A DNA stretch of 64,000 nt from Octopus bimaculoides (lineage: Eukaryota): contig NC_068984.1 of assembly GCF_001194135.2 (NCBI RefSeq), forward strand, positions 29,691,397 to 29,755,396, read 5' to 3'. Position 1 is the first letter of the stretch, and every line of letters starts with the position of its first letter. Positions 1 to 12,402 of the stretch are shown here, piece after piece. Both the position numbers and the translations under genes were made by a program. Below the pieces are notes generated by a model that was not told where the DNA came from, made no database searches, and saw nothing but the letters and a program-made list of their open reading frames with translations.

Positions 1-123
1 CTAGCTAGCTAGCTAGCTATTTTACTGTATGTCTGCCTGCCTGTCTGTCTATCTACCTACCTCTCTATCTTTCTATGTAACTACCTAGATGTCTATCTAT
101 TCATCTTTATCTTACTCTGACAA

Positions 124-692
124 AATATATATTGAATAAGTATGTTTATATGTATCTATGTGCATATGTGTGTTTATGCGTGAGTGTGTATGTGATTGTT
201 TGTGTGTGTGTGTGTGTGTGTTATTGTGAGCGTGTGCGTTTGCATTTACACTTCATTCATTTGCCCAAATGAAAGTGTTCCTTCGAGAGAAACAGTATAT
301 GATCTCATTTACTTTATCGTATCTATTCATTGATTAAAAGATGACGAGTAGAATTATTAGAGGGTCGGGAAAGTACTTTGAGTAATCTCTTTCTAGNNNN
401 NNNNNNAATATATATTGAATAAGTATGTTTATATGTATCTATGTGCATATGTGTGTGTGTGTATGCGTGAATGTGTATGTGATTGTTTGTGTGTGTGTGT
501 GTTATTGTGAGTGTGTGCGTTTGCATTTACACTTCATTCATTTGCCCAAATGAAAGTGTTCCTTCGAGAGAAACAGTATATGATCTCATTTACTTTATCG
601 TATCTATTCATTGATTAAAAGATGACNNNNNNNNNNNNNNNNNNNNNNNNNNNNNNNNNNNNNNNNNNNNNNNNNNNNNNNNNTCTTTCTAG
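124..692. repeat. Direct duplication of ~270 bp across a 10-N gap (124-396 vs 407-692); probable assembly or haplotype artefact
   Basis: Both copies begin aatatatattgaataagtatgtttata and end tctttctag. They differ mainly in (TG)n lengths and are separated only by N runs. Confidence 0.75.
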
Positions 693-859
693 TCTTTTAG
701 ATTTCAATTCAAATTCGGGTATGTTCAACTTTACATATTACCCCTCCTGTGTCAATAAAGTAAAGTATAAAACAAGTATTTAAAATAATTTAAACGACTA
801 GCTTTCTCATATAAATTGCTGACAGATCTGTCTAAATCACAAAATATCTATTCTCTGAT

Positions 860-1692
860 TACAAGGTATTCGGACTAAATTTGACAGTTTGAATAAAGGG
901 AAAATAAAACGAAATGTCCCGTCCAAAAATAAAAGTATCGTAAGATTTCAAATAATATCAAATAGATTATGACTGGGAGATAACAGTTTACTCAAAGTAG
1001 CCAACTTCAGCTTCCACCGCGGCCTCAAGACGGCGCTGCAACCTGGCGCTGCAACCTGGCGCATGCATTCCGCACTGTGTCCCTGGGAAAATCTTTGAAC
1101 ACTTCCTTGATCTTAGCCATCAGCAGGCGTAGCGGCTAGTGTCTCTCTAAATCGTGCCTCACTCAAAATAACCCATGAAGTTACAATCGGAGGAATTACG
1201 AGTTAAGATATTGGGGTTGGTGAACCGGTAGACATTATCCGACAGCCACTTCTGTCTCTTTCCAGGGGTATGGTATAGAGCTGAATTCTGCTGCACACGT
1301 GAACTTCCAGAAGCATCATTCTCTAGTAGCTTCAGGTAGCTGTTTGAATTGAGCCTAAGGCCCTGTTCCAAATTGTGGGGCGGTATGACGTTACACCATC
1401 ACGGTTTGGAGAAAATTGGTTTTTCCTGATACATGGGACACGTCTTCCAACTTTTACAGCGTTCACAGATCATTGAGCAGCACTCATGATGTCGGCACTT
1501 TGATACTTAGCTCGAATCATTATGATACAAGATACACTTTCCCAATATTCATATAACTTGCAGTCCTTCAAGTCAGCTAACTTTTTTCTCAACTACAATC
1601 TTTATCTTCTCTAAGGAATTTAGCTGTTCCCCAATACATCAAGATGAAAAAGGAAGAGTTTAATAATAGTGAAAATTAGCCCGGGCAATGTA
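860..1692 (-). mobile_element. Internally deleted, degenerate Tc1/mariner (maT/DDxD-like) transposon
   Basis: Minus-strand remnants QQNSALYHTPGKRQKWLSDNVYRFTNPNI...NSSDCNFM match the mariner QDxAPxH...WPPNSPDLNP region. C-terminus LMAKIKEVFKDFPRDTVRNACA...LEAAVEAEVGYFE*; N-terminal-like IIMIRAKYQSADIMSAAQ. Terminus TA-CAAGGTATTCGGACTAAATT at 860; degenerate complementary end at ~1673-1692. Confidence 0.85.
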
Positions 1693-1805
1693 TAACATAA
1701 ATATCAAAGATAAATCTTACATGATTTAATCCCCTCCCCACCTCAAAAAATCTAAAGACAAACAAACATACAGAATAGCACTCAAACATACAAATGGCAA
1801 ATCAT

Positions 1806-2257
1806 GTAGTAAGGATTGTTTGCCAATATAACATGGCAGTCCTGGTTGAGGACTAATGCTGCTGCAATTTAAGCCCAGGAGACATCATCTCCTGCTGGTT
1901 ATACGACACGATCTGTATCCTTATATTTTCGAACAAGGAAATCTAGCACCCCTACTCAGCTCAAAACAATATCTATGTATCGCAATTTCTGGGTTATTTC
2001 TCTTCATGAGCACAGAATAATTACTCGGCTAGAAGTGGCGCTGCCAAATTCCCGTTCGAAATATATAGTTTTCAAAATGACAACTGGTCACTGATTTATG
2101 AATTAGAAAATTACTAATTTGAGCTGAGTGGTGGTGCTAGATTCCCTTATTCGAAAATATAAGGACACAGATCGTGTCGTATAGCCAGCTGGAGACGACG
2201 TCTCTTTGGGCAAAATTACAGGACTGCCATGTTTTGTTGGCAAACAGTCGTTAATAC
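1806..2257. mobile_element. MITE-like fold-back element (arms ~1806-1965 and ~2118-2257)
   Basis: ctggttatacgacacgatctgtatccttatattttcgaacaaggaaatctagcacc is reverse-complementary to ggtgctagattcccttattcgaaaatataaggacacagatcgtgtcgtatagccag. Outer catggcagtcc pairs with ggactgccatg. No ORF. Confidence 0.75.
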
Positions 2258-2689
2258 AAAAAAAAAAAATTACAGAATACCTCACGTTGTGAGATTTGAA
2301 AATAATAATGAACTTTTATGTTAACATAAATAACCTGATGGAATTTAAATATGATTTAACGGAGACAGTTCAAAAGACTATATTATATATTGTTTTATAA
2401 AATATATATTTCGAGTTAGACTAGTTTTGCTAATTTCTCTTTTTGTTACTGTTTTGTTTACTGTTATGTATGTCCTATTCTATTATAACTTAATTATTTA
2501 TTGATAACAAAGAAAATTCTCATTTAGATCGACTCTAGAGTAAGATAGTTTGTTTACGTCTCCGGAAATTAGTGGTTCGGCAGAAATCATCGAGAGAATG
2601 AGTGCCAAACTTTACAAAGAATTAGTAATGGCGGTAATTGCTCGACTGAACCTTCTAACGTGGTACCGTAGGATGAGTAGCGTCCAATG

Positions 2690-2925
2690 ACTGGAACAAG
2701 TAAAGGTGAAATAGAAGAATTATATACATATATATTCGTTTATTCTTTTACTTATTTCAGTCATTTGACGGCAGCCATATGCTGGAGCACAGCCTTGAAG
2801 GATTTTTAGAAAAAAAATCGATCCCACGACTCATTCTTTGTAAGCCTAGTACTTATTCTATCGGTCTTTTTCCCGGACTGCTAAGTTACTGGGACGTAAA
2901 CACACCAACATCGGTTGTCAATTGA
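2690..2925 (-). mobile_element. 3' part of tRNA-derived SINE family A
   Basis: Reverse complement of the tail seen at 9700-9795 and 42500-42660 (tagtacttattctatcggtct...ctaagttactgggacgtaaacacaccaacatcggttgtcaa). Confidence 0.8.
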
Positions 2926-2931
2926 TATTAT

Positions 2932-2971
<40 letters not shown>

Positions 2972-3057
2972 AGACAGAGATATATATGGAAGTATATAGA
3001 ATATATTGTACACACACTAACACACACAGGCGCACACATATGTGTGTGTGTGTGTGT

Positions 3058-3094
<37 letters not shown>

Positions 3095-3377
3095 CCTGTG
3101 TGTTCGCATGCGCGCGTGCATGCGGATATATATGCATACATCTATGAGCAGAAACAAATGAAGTATACCAGTGATTCAATTAGAATGATAAATCAGACGG
3201 AAGAAAAGTATAAAGTGATATCGAATAACAATTGAAAAAGGACAAGCTGGAACGAAACTCAAAACAAGTCGTGCTGCAAAACTTAAAATTACTGAACGTG
3301 GAAGAAATAATTTCTGTCATGAACAACAGGAACGAAACAGATATGCGTGTGTTTGTTTGTTTGTTTGTTTGTTTGTT

Positions 3378-3408
<31 letters not shown>

Positions 3409-6400
3409 ATGCATATATTCATATATCTGTGAATTTATATTTGTCGTTAGAAACTATAACGAAAAGCCATTTGTTTTCGAATGAAGTTCCCAACTGTATT
3501 CTTCATCAAGTTGCCTAGAAACTGAATCCCTTGTCCTTTACCCCTCTCTCCATAGAAAATGCAGCAAAACAAATAATTGCCCCATGGATAACATGTAATC
3601 GACTGCGTTACATTTACATTTACTACATAAAATAAATGTATAGCAATCACTAACAAAATTTTCTATTTTATTTGAGGATTCGCCACTCGTCCAGCCCTCT
3701 GTTTCTTCCGTAGGAAACAAATATCAATCGAAACAATTTAGGGTTTGGAGTTTGAAATTTTAGCATGAAACGATTCTTTGTCGAATTTCGATCAGTGGTG
3801 TGTCAAGACAAATAATATCTGAAACCTGTTTAGCTTTCCCAGTTGGATCGGTTCATCTTTGGAAAGCAAAGATGTAAATACGCTGCAATTTTTTCTCTTT
3901 CTCTATATCTTTGAATTTCATTGGAAATGGCAGAATCCCTTCAACGATAATCTAAAATATTTTCGAACAACTGAACGTTGATTTTACCAGATCGATTTTA
4001 CACATATCTGCGCTACATTGTATTTCCGAAATGAAAAGGCAGGCATAATTTCTCTCGCACGTACATGAACGCATACGCACGCCCGCCCGCATACGCAAAC
4101 ATACTCACGCGTGCACACACATACACAGGCATGCACACACACAATATAGCTGTAATGGGTGATGCTATGTACTTGAACTTAATCAGCATTAAATACTTAA
4201 AACCTTCTGGTCTTTCGGGTAATATATTAGATAATATATTCTTAATGGTTTTACTGATAGTTTAGTGAAGTAAGTAAGCAAGGTATTTCGAATATCTATA
4301 GAGTATACTAATTATTAATAACTTCCAACATGTGGGTCGTTGGAACATAGCTGATCTTTAAGTAAATATGCAAATCACAGGTCATCCTTTGTAACCTCAG
4401 CTGCTCCTTAGTATCTTTAAGGAGCAGCTGGTTCTCAATAAACTGCTTCGTACATCATTAAAGATCTAACGTATTTAAGTTGGTATATCCCCTCTATTTG
4501 ACGAGAATTTAATTTGTCTACGGCCCAGTTAAACTTCATGTGGAGAGACCTATTTACATCGAGATAATACGCTATGCCTTAGTAGTGCTCCATTAACCAA
4601 ACAGAGAACGAGCGACAATCGTTTGAACTAATTTCTTAATTAAGTAGTATTAAAAAATCCCAGAATGTCTAACGTGTTTCAAATATGAAGGAATAAATTA
4701 CGAAATTATGAAATATTAAAAAAAAAAAAGAATTCTTGGTTCCATCAAACATAACATAAAATCAACTTTTGGTTATTACATAGTGAATTTGAAATCTAAA
4801 CAAATACTACCTTCGTAGATAATTTTGTGATTTTACGTTCACAACAATAGTTATTTCGCTTGCGGTTTAAGAAATCCCACACAAATAGCACTTAAATTAG
4901 TTACTGTATAACTAATCTAGATATTTCCATATATTTTATTCACAAAATCTCAGAGAAATTCGGTTCAATTATTCGATAGTAAAATTGCATATTCATTTTG
5001 CAATGCAAATCTCAGAATTGAAAATCTTTCAATGTAACTTTCGATTAATTGTCAAAGTTAAATTTACTCAGATGAATATATACATACATTTGTAAAGCGA
5101 TGAAAATAAATTACAGTACAGTGCAGTATAAACGCAATGCAGCACAATGCATAAGGTAAGAAAACTGATAACGCTTCATTATTTAAAACATTACCCTACA
5201 ATAAATATATACTTGAACATACACATTTTATAGAGTATATATGAATACATATAATCATTATAATTTGAAATAGACATATTGGAGTGGCGACAAATATTAT
5301 TTTTCATTATAATTTGATAATATGTGTATTCTGTATGTAAGAGAAATTTAAATACTTTACACGCATACACGCAAATGTATATACATAAGTATATATGCAT
5401 ATAGATACCTAGAAGCGCCTCATAACTTTGTTAACCTGAGATATTTCACAAATAATTGATAATTTTTCAACAGAAAATGATTAATCAGGCACTTGCCCAG
5501 ATAAGAAGATGTGTAATCAAAAAAAAAAAAACCGTAAATAAACACCTTCAGAAAATCGACCCAAAACAACGAATCAATAGTATAAGAACTTAGCTTAGAA
5601 TAGTATATAGGTGCCTACAATGCTAAATCTCTTTGGATAAAGATTATTGAAATATCAAAAATATTTGAGGTTGCTCTGAAATGTTCCTGTAAAAAAAGTA
5701 AAGACCTCTCAGATATCGAGTGGATAAAGTCAAATTCTAGGGGAATCGTCCGTAACAAAAGATCTCGTCCTGTTTTTATGGTCATATTTATATATTTTAC
5801 TTGCTCATTTTCGAGGCTGGCGTGGTAGTTGCCGTTAATGTTATTTTTTAAACTATCGTATGACAATATTTGCAGGAAGAAAACATGAGCAGAGAGGATA
5901 TTCTAAAGTGCCGATGTTCTGAGAAGAAAGACTGGGAATAGTGCGGAGGTGGATGTGATAGACAGAAGAAAAATGACAATAAATGGGGGTGTGATCCTTT
6001 TCAGGTTTGCTATTTATTCTAACGGCAATGATAAACCAACTTCTCAGTCCTAGGAAAGAATATTTGGGTTGCCATGACAAATTCTCATAGCATTTTAAAG
6101 CATATAACAATAACAGAGCCAATAAGCTGCATTAGTTCTGAGACCAGATGACCTAATTCTACTCCTGAAATCATGCAAAGTTAGCATTATTATAAGTTTC
6201 AAAATACTTTTATCCCATCTGCATGGACGCTGTTCGACTACCACAAATGTTGGGAAAAGCATGCACATCAAGTAATAATTTTGCAGACAGGCACAGGTAA
6301 ACAAAAACAGTACAGCATCAGTTTAAAAAATCATAAACAAAATTATATGTAGAAGGATAATAAACAATTTTCAACAAGGGTATACTATGCCCAATATAGT

Positions 6401-6742
6401 TTCAAATCTGCCTGGCACGGCTTCTACAAAAACATCGCTAAACGATACACAAGACATATTAATGAACAATGAAACACGATCGCCCCTTTCTTACATGGCT
6501 TAAACGAAATATACTTTAACGGTGAAATTAATTTCCCATCGAGGGTAACAAGGTGTATACCAGAACTCCCACTTCTGTCTACCTGTCTCTCTCTTGGTGC
6601 TGCAGCAGAAGTATGAGCGGGTAGGTGTTTAAAGAAAAACTATTTTGTGCAAGTATGTCTTTCTCTCTGTCTCGCAGATTTCTCTTTTTGCCTCTTTCTC
6701 TCACTGCCTGTAGACACGCGTACACACAGTTGTATATGTATG

Positions 6743-6784
<42 letters not shown>

Positions 6785-7414
6785 NNNNNNNNNNNNNNNN
6801 NNNNNNNNNNNNNNNNNNNNNNNNNNNNNNNNNNNNNNNNNNNNNNNNNNNNNNNNNNNNNNNNNNNNNNNNNNNNNNNNNNNNNNNNNNNNNNNNNNNN
6901 NNNNNNNNNNNNNNNNNNNNNNNNNNNNNNNNNNNNNNNNNNNNNNNNNNNNNNNNNNNNNNNNNNNNNNNNNNNNNNNNNNNNNNNNNNNNNNNNNNNN
7001 NNNNNNNNNNNNNNNNNNNNNNNNNNNNNNNNNNNNNNNNNNNNNNNNNNNNNNNNNNNNNNNNNNNNNNNNNNNNNNNNNNNNNNNNNNNNNNNNNNNN
7101 NNNNNNNNNNNNNNNNNNNNNNNNNNNNNNNNNNNNNNNNNNNNNNNNNNNNNNNNNNNNNNNNNNNNNNNNNNNNNNNNNNNNNNNNNNNNNNNNNNNN
7201 NNNNNNNNNNNNNNNNNNNNNNNNNNNNNNNNNNNNNNNNNNNNNNNNNNNNNNNNNNNNNNNNNNNNNNNNNNNNNNNNNNNNNNNNNNNNNNNNNNNN
7301 NNNNNNNNNNNNNNNNNNNNNNNNNNNNNNNNNNNNNNNNNNNNNNNNNNNNNNNNNNNNNNNNNNNNNNNNNNNNNNNNNNNNNNNNNNNNNNNNNNNN
7401 NNNNNNNNNNNNNN

Positions 7415-7489
<75 letters not shown>

Positions 7490-7664
7490 TCGATTGAAAG
7501 CGGCCTTAGACTTATTGGATATTGCTTCTTTTCAACAACTGCAAACAACACGAAATCGTTTTAAATAAAGGAAAATGGAAAACGAAACATAATTTTAATT
7601 ACATCGCACAAAAGAATCGGTATCCAAATCAAAATTACCATATGTCAGAGTTGTATGTTCCTGT

Positions 7665-7703
<39 letters not shown>

Positions 7704-7735
7704 CACACACACACACACACACACANNNNNNNNNN

Positions 7736-7778
<43 letters not shown>

Positions 7779-9494
7779 ACACACACACATATTTATGCAT
7801 ATATGTGTATATGTATGCTAGTACAGTTTGTTTATGAATGCTAGAGATGGTGCTTTAATATAAGTCTATATATTTTATATAATAATTATATAGGAACGTC
7901 GAAAAAGAAAAGGGAATATCATATGGATGTGCATTGAAATGTGACAATTTTAAGCTTACCTTAATCTTCTTCGAAATTATATATGATGTGTACATATGAC
8001 TGTGTAAATACAATGTATTTGTGTTCACACACGCGCGCACACACGCACACACGCACCCACACACATGCATACATATGTGTGTGAATAAACGTAGGTATGT
8101 TGAATAAACCTACGTATGTGTGTGTTTGTGTGTTTACGTTTGTACAGAAATCCGTGGATGTGCATGGATGCACGTTTCTTTCTTTATGAATTGAGTGATA
8201 GTTTGAAACCACGTACACGCGTGCGTGCGCACTGACTCACACAAACACAGATATGTATAACTGAACGTTTTTGAAAGCGAAAAGGATATAATATATGATT
8301 TTTTTTTGTTGGTGGTGAACATGAATACGTTCAAAATCTTGTGAGTGGTTCTGAAAATACAAATTACAAAATAAATTTTCCATGTTCATTCACCCATTAA
8401 ATTTAATAAGAAGAGCCATTTCATCACCAGCTGGCTGATCGGCTTTCGCAGACGAACACGATCAGGTAATATTTATGAACGCCTAAAAGATTTGTCATTA
8501 ACTCATGCTACCATATCTTTGGAGAAATTCAATCATGACGCAAACGACAGCTACATAGTAGAGACATTTCATAATGTTGTTTTCTCTTTATAATGCATCG
8601 ATATTTTGCTTTTTTCTATCTGCTCTCCTTTTATTGAAATTAATTTTATTATCTATATATATATATATGTATAATTTTGCATTGGTTGTTTTCTACTTTC
8701 TATTTTCCATATCGATTCCAATTTTGCTTTCCTTTATTTTCTCCTCGCCACTTTAAATTAGCAGATATTTTCTTTATCAATTTATTCACCTCAAAGAATA
8801 TGTTGGATTTTGATTTTATTCTCAAACAGACTGCACTTTACCACAAAAAATCAATTTGTGGTTGCAGGTTACAATACATCTCATCACTCATTTAGTGTCA
8901 CTTCCCTCAATATTTGACTCCTACTAGCTTTTCAATTTTCACACCAAATCTTGCTGTCTTTTTTCCTACCTCTTAACCTCAATTTCTTTCTGTATTTCCT
9001 TATTACGTCATCACTGAGATTCTTTCAGTTTTGATAAAAGTTTACCAATGGCTTTATTTCAGTTGAAATTCAACAATTTAAAATCTAAATGGTACATGCG
9101 TTTGTATACATAGAAAATTCCAGCATTCCAAGTATTCTGTACGCTATATACAAGCACATATTAAACACTTCCCGAATGTATGAATCTATATATTTAGGCA
9201 TTCATCATACATGCATAGAGTCACACATCTTCGTAGATACACTCAGACACACGCTCACAATCATGCACACACAGAAACGCATACACAGATTTGCACACAT
9301 TTACGATGTAAAACATTAAATACTAGCTCTAAAATAATACATATTGTGATGTCTTGAATCTTCCAATTTCCGCAATGCTTGTAGATATTATGAAGTACAA
9401 ATTACCAAATGTTTCTGTCTGTTTGTATTTCTCTCTCTCTCTCTCTCTCTCCCCCTCTCTCTCTCTCNNNNNNNNNNATATATATATATACATA

Positions 9495-9795
9495 GTCGCA
9501 GGCATGGCTGTGTGGTAAGAAGTTTGCTTCTCAACCACATGGTTCCGTTTCAGTCCCACTGCGTGGCACTCACTTTGGGCAGGTATCTTCCAATATAGCC
9601 ACGGGCCGACCAAAACATTGTAAGTGGATGTGGTAGACGGAAACTGAAAGAAGCCTGTCGTATGTGTGTGTGTGTGTGTTTGTGTATCTGTGTCCCCCAC
9701 CATCGCTTGACACAGATGTTGGTGTGATTTAGGTCCCCCTAACTTAGTGGTTCAGCAAAATAGTCCGATAGAATAAGTATTATGCTTACAAAGGG
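9495..9795 (+). mobile_element. tRNA-derived SINE family A, nearly full length
   Basis: Head gcaggcatggctgtgtggtaagaagtttgcttctcaaccacatggttccgtttcagtcccactgcgtggca with A/B-box-like motifs, then ggtagacggaaactgaaagaagcc, an internal (TG)n and a tail. Colinear with the copy at 42286. Confidence 0.9.
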
Positions 9796-9804
9796 TCAAC
9801 TAAA

Positions 9805-10656
9805 ACCTCTCCAAGAAAATGAAATGCAATTGAAAAAACGTTATGCCAATGGAAAATATATACAAAATATATTATGTATGCAAAAAATTAGAAAGATTCA
9901 TCCATTTTAAAATATTTTATACTAAAAAGTAAAACAAACGGAAAATGAGCACTCGCGAATATAAACAAACATGTCGGACGATACAAGGGGAGGTAATTTA
10001 TTGTTATCTGTCAGGTATTATTAATGATACGAGGAGCCCGACAATATCGTTTGCAAATTCTTGATTGTTTTTAGCAACCCTAACCCTAACCCTAACCCTA
10101 ACACTCGTTAGGGTTAGGGCTAGCGTTAGCGTTTGTTTTAGGGTTAGGGTTAGCGTTAAGGTTAGGATTAGTTTTAGGGTTAGGTTAAGGGTTAGTTTTA
10201 GGGTTAGGGTTAGGGTTAGGGTTAGGGTTAGTTTTAGTTTTAGGTGGAGTGCACTCGCTTTACCTTCGGATATTCCATGATGTGATATACGACAGAAATA
10301 ATTATAAAACAATACAGTAAATAAGTTTAAGACGTATGCAAGTTTTGTCATTTTTATTTTTGTCTTTAGTCTACAGAGAAAATGAATTACAGAATACATA
10401 TCTCAGTGGTTATTTGGCTCCTCGTATCATTAATAATACCGGACAGGTAAAATCAAATTGCCTCCCCTTGTATCGTCCGACATGTTTCTTTATATTCGCG
10501 ACTACTCGTTTTTCCGTTTATTCTATTTTTTAGTATAACATATTTTAAAATGGATGAATATTTCTAATGTTTTGTATACGTTATTCATTTTGTATATATT
10601 TTCCATTTTCATAACTCTTTTTAAAATTGTATTTAATTTTTTTTTTTTTGAGAGGT
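9805..10656. mobile_element. Fold-back (TIR) non-autonomous element with a telomeric-repeat core
   Basis: Arms ~9805-10038 and ~10416-10656, including perfect 25-bp (10014-10038/10416-10440) and 24-bp (9970-9993/10461-10484) inverted matches. Confidence 0.8.
10078..10243. repeat. Interstitial telomeric-type repeats: (CCCTAA)4-cactcg-(TTAGGG and variants)n
   Basis: Read directly. Perfect TTAGGG run at ~10198-10231 plus variants TTAGCG, TTTTAG and TTAAGG. Confidence 0.95.
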
Positions 10657-11019
10657 GCATTTCTAAAGGAGCGCCCAAGTTTGTTTTTATAGACATCACT
10701 ACTTATCACTGTCTCCCCGAATTTAAATTCCTGCGAGCCGCCGAATAGCGCAACTAGTCATTCAACGATGATGGGAATATAAGAAGTGAGACCTGTCTAT
10801 CGTGTCAATTCACAGCGTATGCCTTTTCTATCTCTGTTGCATGCACCCAGCAGTCTGGTTAGGGAGTGCTGCAAACTGACACGGTGTGTTTATTCTTATT
10901 TGTCTATGACAGAACAGAGAGAAAGACTTCCTTACGGATTCGTATATGCTTCAAGCATATTTGAACTTGCAACGAGTTTGTATCTATACACGTCAATTGC
11001 TTATCCTTTATATCCGTAC

Positions 11020-11062
<43 letters not shown>

Positions 11063-11752
11063 CATTTAAGTAACGATAAAACACACATTATATCATATCA
11101 TTCAAGACATCCAGTTTCCGAAGAACAGTCCTTTCTATAATGTATAGCATCTTTTAATGTTTTACCCTCCTGCTTACCATCACCATCCAAGAAATTTCAG
11201 TAGTTTCTCCCTCATGCAATAGTTCTCAGTGGTTTGCCTTCCAATAATACAACTTCTCTTACAAGAAATCCATTCGTACGTGTAGTGGTTGACAATTGAT
11301 AATGTAACAAACAGTGATTCAACTTTTCTATTTGATACATTGATCAATTACACATTTAAATTCTAAAGACTGTACACACCCTGTGAGTTCACTCTGACAA
11401 GTGATATAGCAACGAGTCACATCTTTTTACAGTAACATAAGTTCCCCCACCCACTGCAGATTTCATTATCATTCCTATCTCTCTTAACTTGAAAAAAAAA
11501 ACATTTATCGTTATGTACTGAAGCAACAATCATTTATGTCTTACATCAGATATTTTATTTCTCTTCTGCACATACACACGAGTGCGCTTGCACACATAGA
11601 CACGCACAAGCTGCTAACGTGTGAGAACACACATATATTAAAATATTAGTCGATATATCACCCTTCATAAAGATCTAATTTTGAATGGGATTACAACAGC
11701 AAAGGCTTCCGCACTACCTTTATATCTATATAGTGATATGTTCATAAGTATT

Positions 11753-12402
11753 GATTTGTATGAGGTTTTCGAGTCTACGAGCGCGCGCGCACACGCATGC
11801 GCACACACACATATTATTAACAATGGTAATAGTACCTTATTTAATTTTATATTGTACTGGCTCACGTTATGTTCGTTTTTGAACGTCGCGGGGGCATTCA
11901 AATGTAAGAACGCACACGGTGAAATGTGAAGTACATTTCAAAAATCGATGATTTACACTAAAACAATATTATATTTAAGAGATGAGGTATTATGTACATT
12001 ATTTGCATTTAACGGGCATTTGTCCTCATCTTGTTTGTTGTTAACCCAGGTTCGAAAATTCCCCAAGAAACCTGATGAAGTTTGGAGAGTATATCAGGTG
12101 AAACGTTGTGTTAACAACAAACAAGATGAAGACTAATGCCCGTTAAATGTAAATAATGTACATAATACCTCATCTCTTAAATATAAAATTGTTTTAGTGT
12201 AAATCATCGATTTTTGAAATGTACTTCACATTTCACCGTGTGCGTTCTTACATTTGAATGCCCCCGCGACGTTCAAAAACGAACATAACGTGAGCCAGTA
12301 CAATATAAAATTAAATAAGGTACTATTACCATTGTTAATAATATGTGTGTGTGCGCATGCGTGTGCGCGCGCGCTCGTAGACTCGACAACCTCATACAAA
12401 TC
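11753..12402. repeat. Near-perfect inverted duplication (arms 11753-12046 and 12111-12402) around a Penelope-type pLTR end
   Basis: Arms of ~290 bp with only a handful of mismatches. The inner part of the arm (12155-12185) recurs at 63265-63295 (30/31 identical). Confidence 0.9.
12068..12112 (+). ncRNA. Minimal type I hammerhead-ribozyme-like motif (PLE type), probably degenerate
   Basis: CTGATGA (12072-12078), helix II gtttg/caggt with G-U wobbles, GAAA (12100-12103), then palindromic ACGT. This fits the minimal hammerhead layout known from Penelope-like pLTRs. Confidence 0.55.

Noticed and set aside
124-692. Tandem duplication as a biological repeat
   Set aside because: The copies abut a 10-N gap and differ mainly in microsatellite length, which is typical of uncollapsed haplotypes or contig overlap.
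5615-6500. Overlapping hydrophobic minus-strand ORFs as a decayed receptor or channel gene (faint echo of iGluR/IR M2-M3)
   Set aside because: No motif I can defend, and it needs several frameshifts. An HMM search would be required.
6625-7564. Long ORFs of 150-370 aa in the track (also ~24.5, 41.7, 46.5, 54.6 and 59 kb)
   Set aside because: They consist of N gaps and microsatellites.
10078-10243. Ancient chromosome end-to-end fusion site
   Set aside because: The orientation is CCCTAA then TTAGGG (a fusion gives the reverse), and the array sits inside paired inverted arms.
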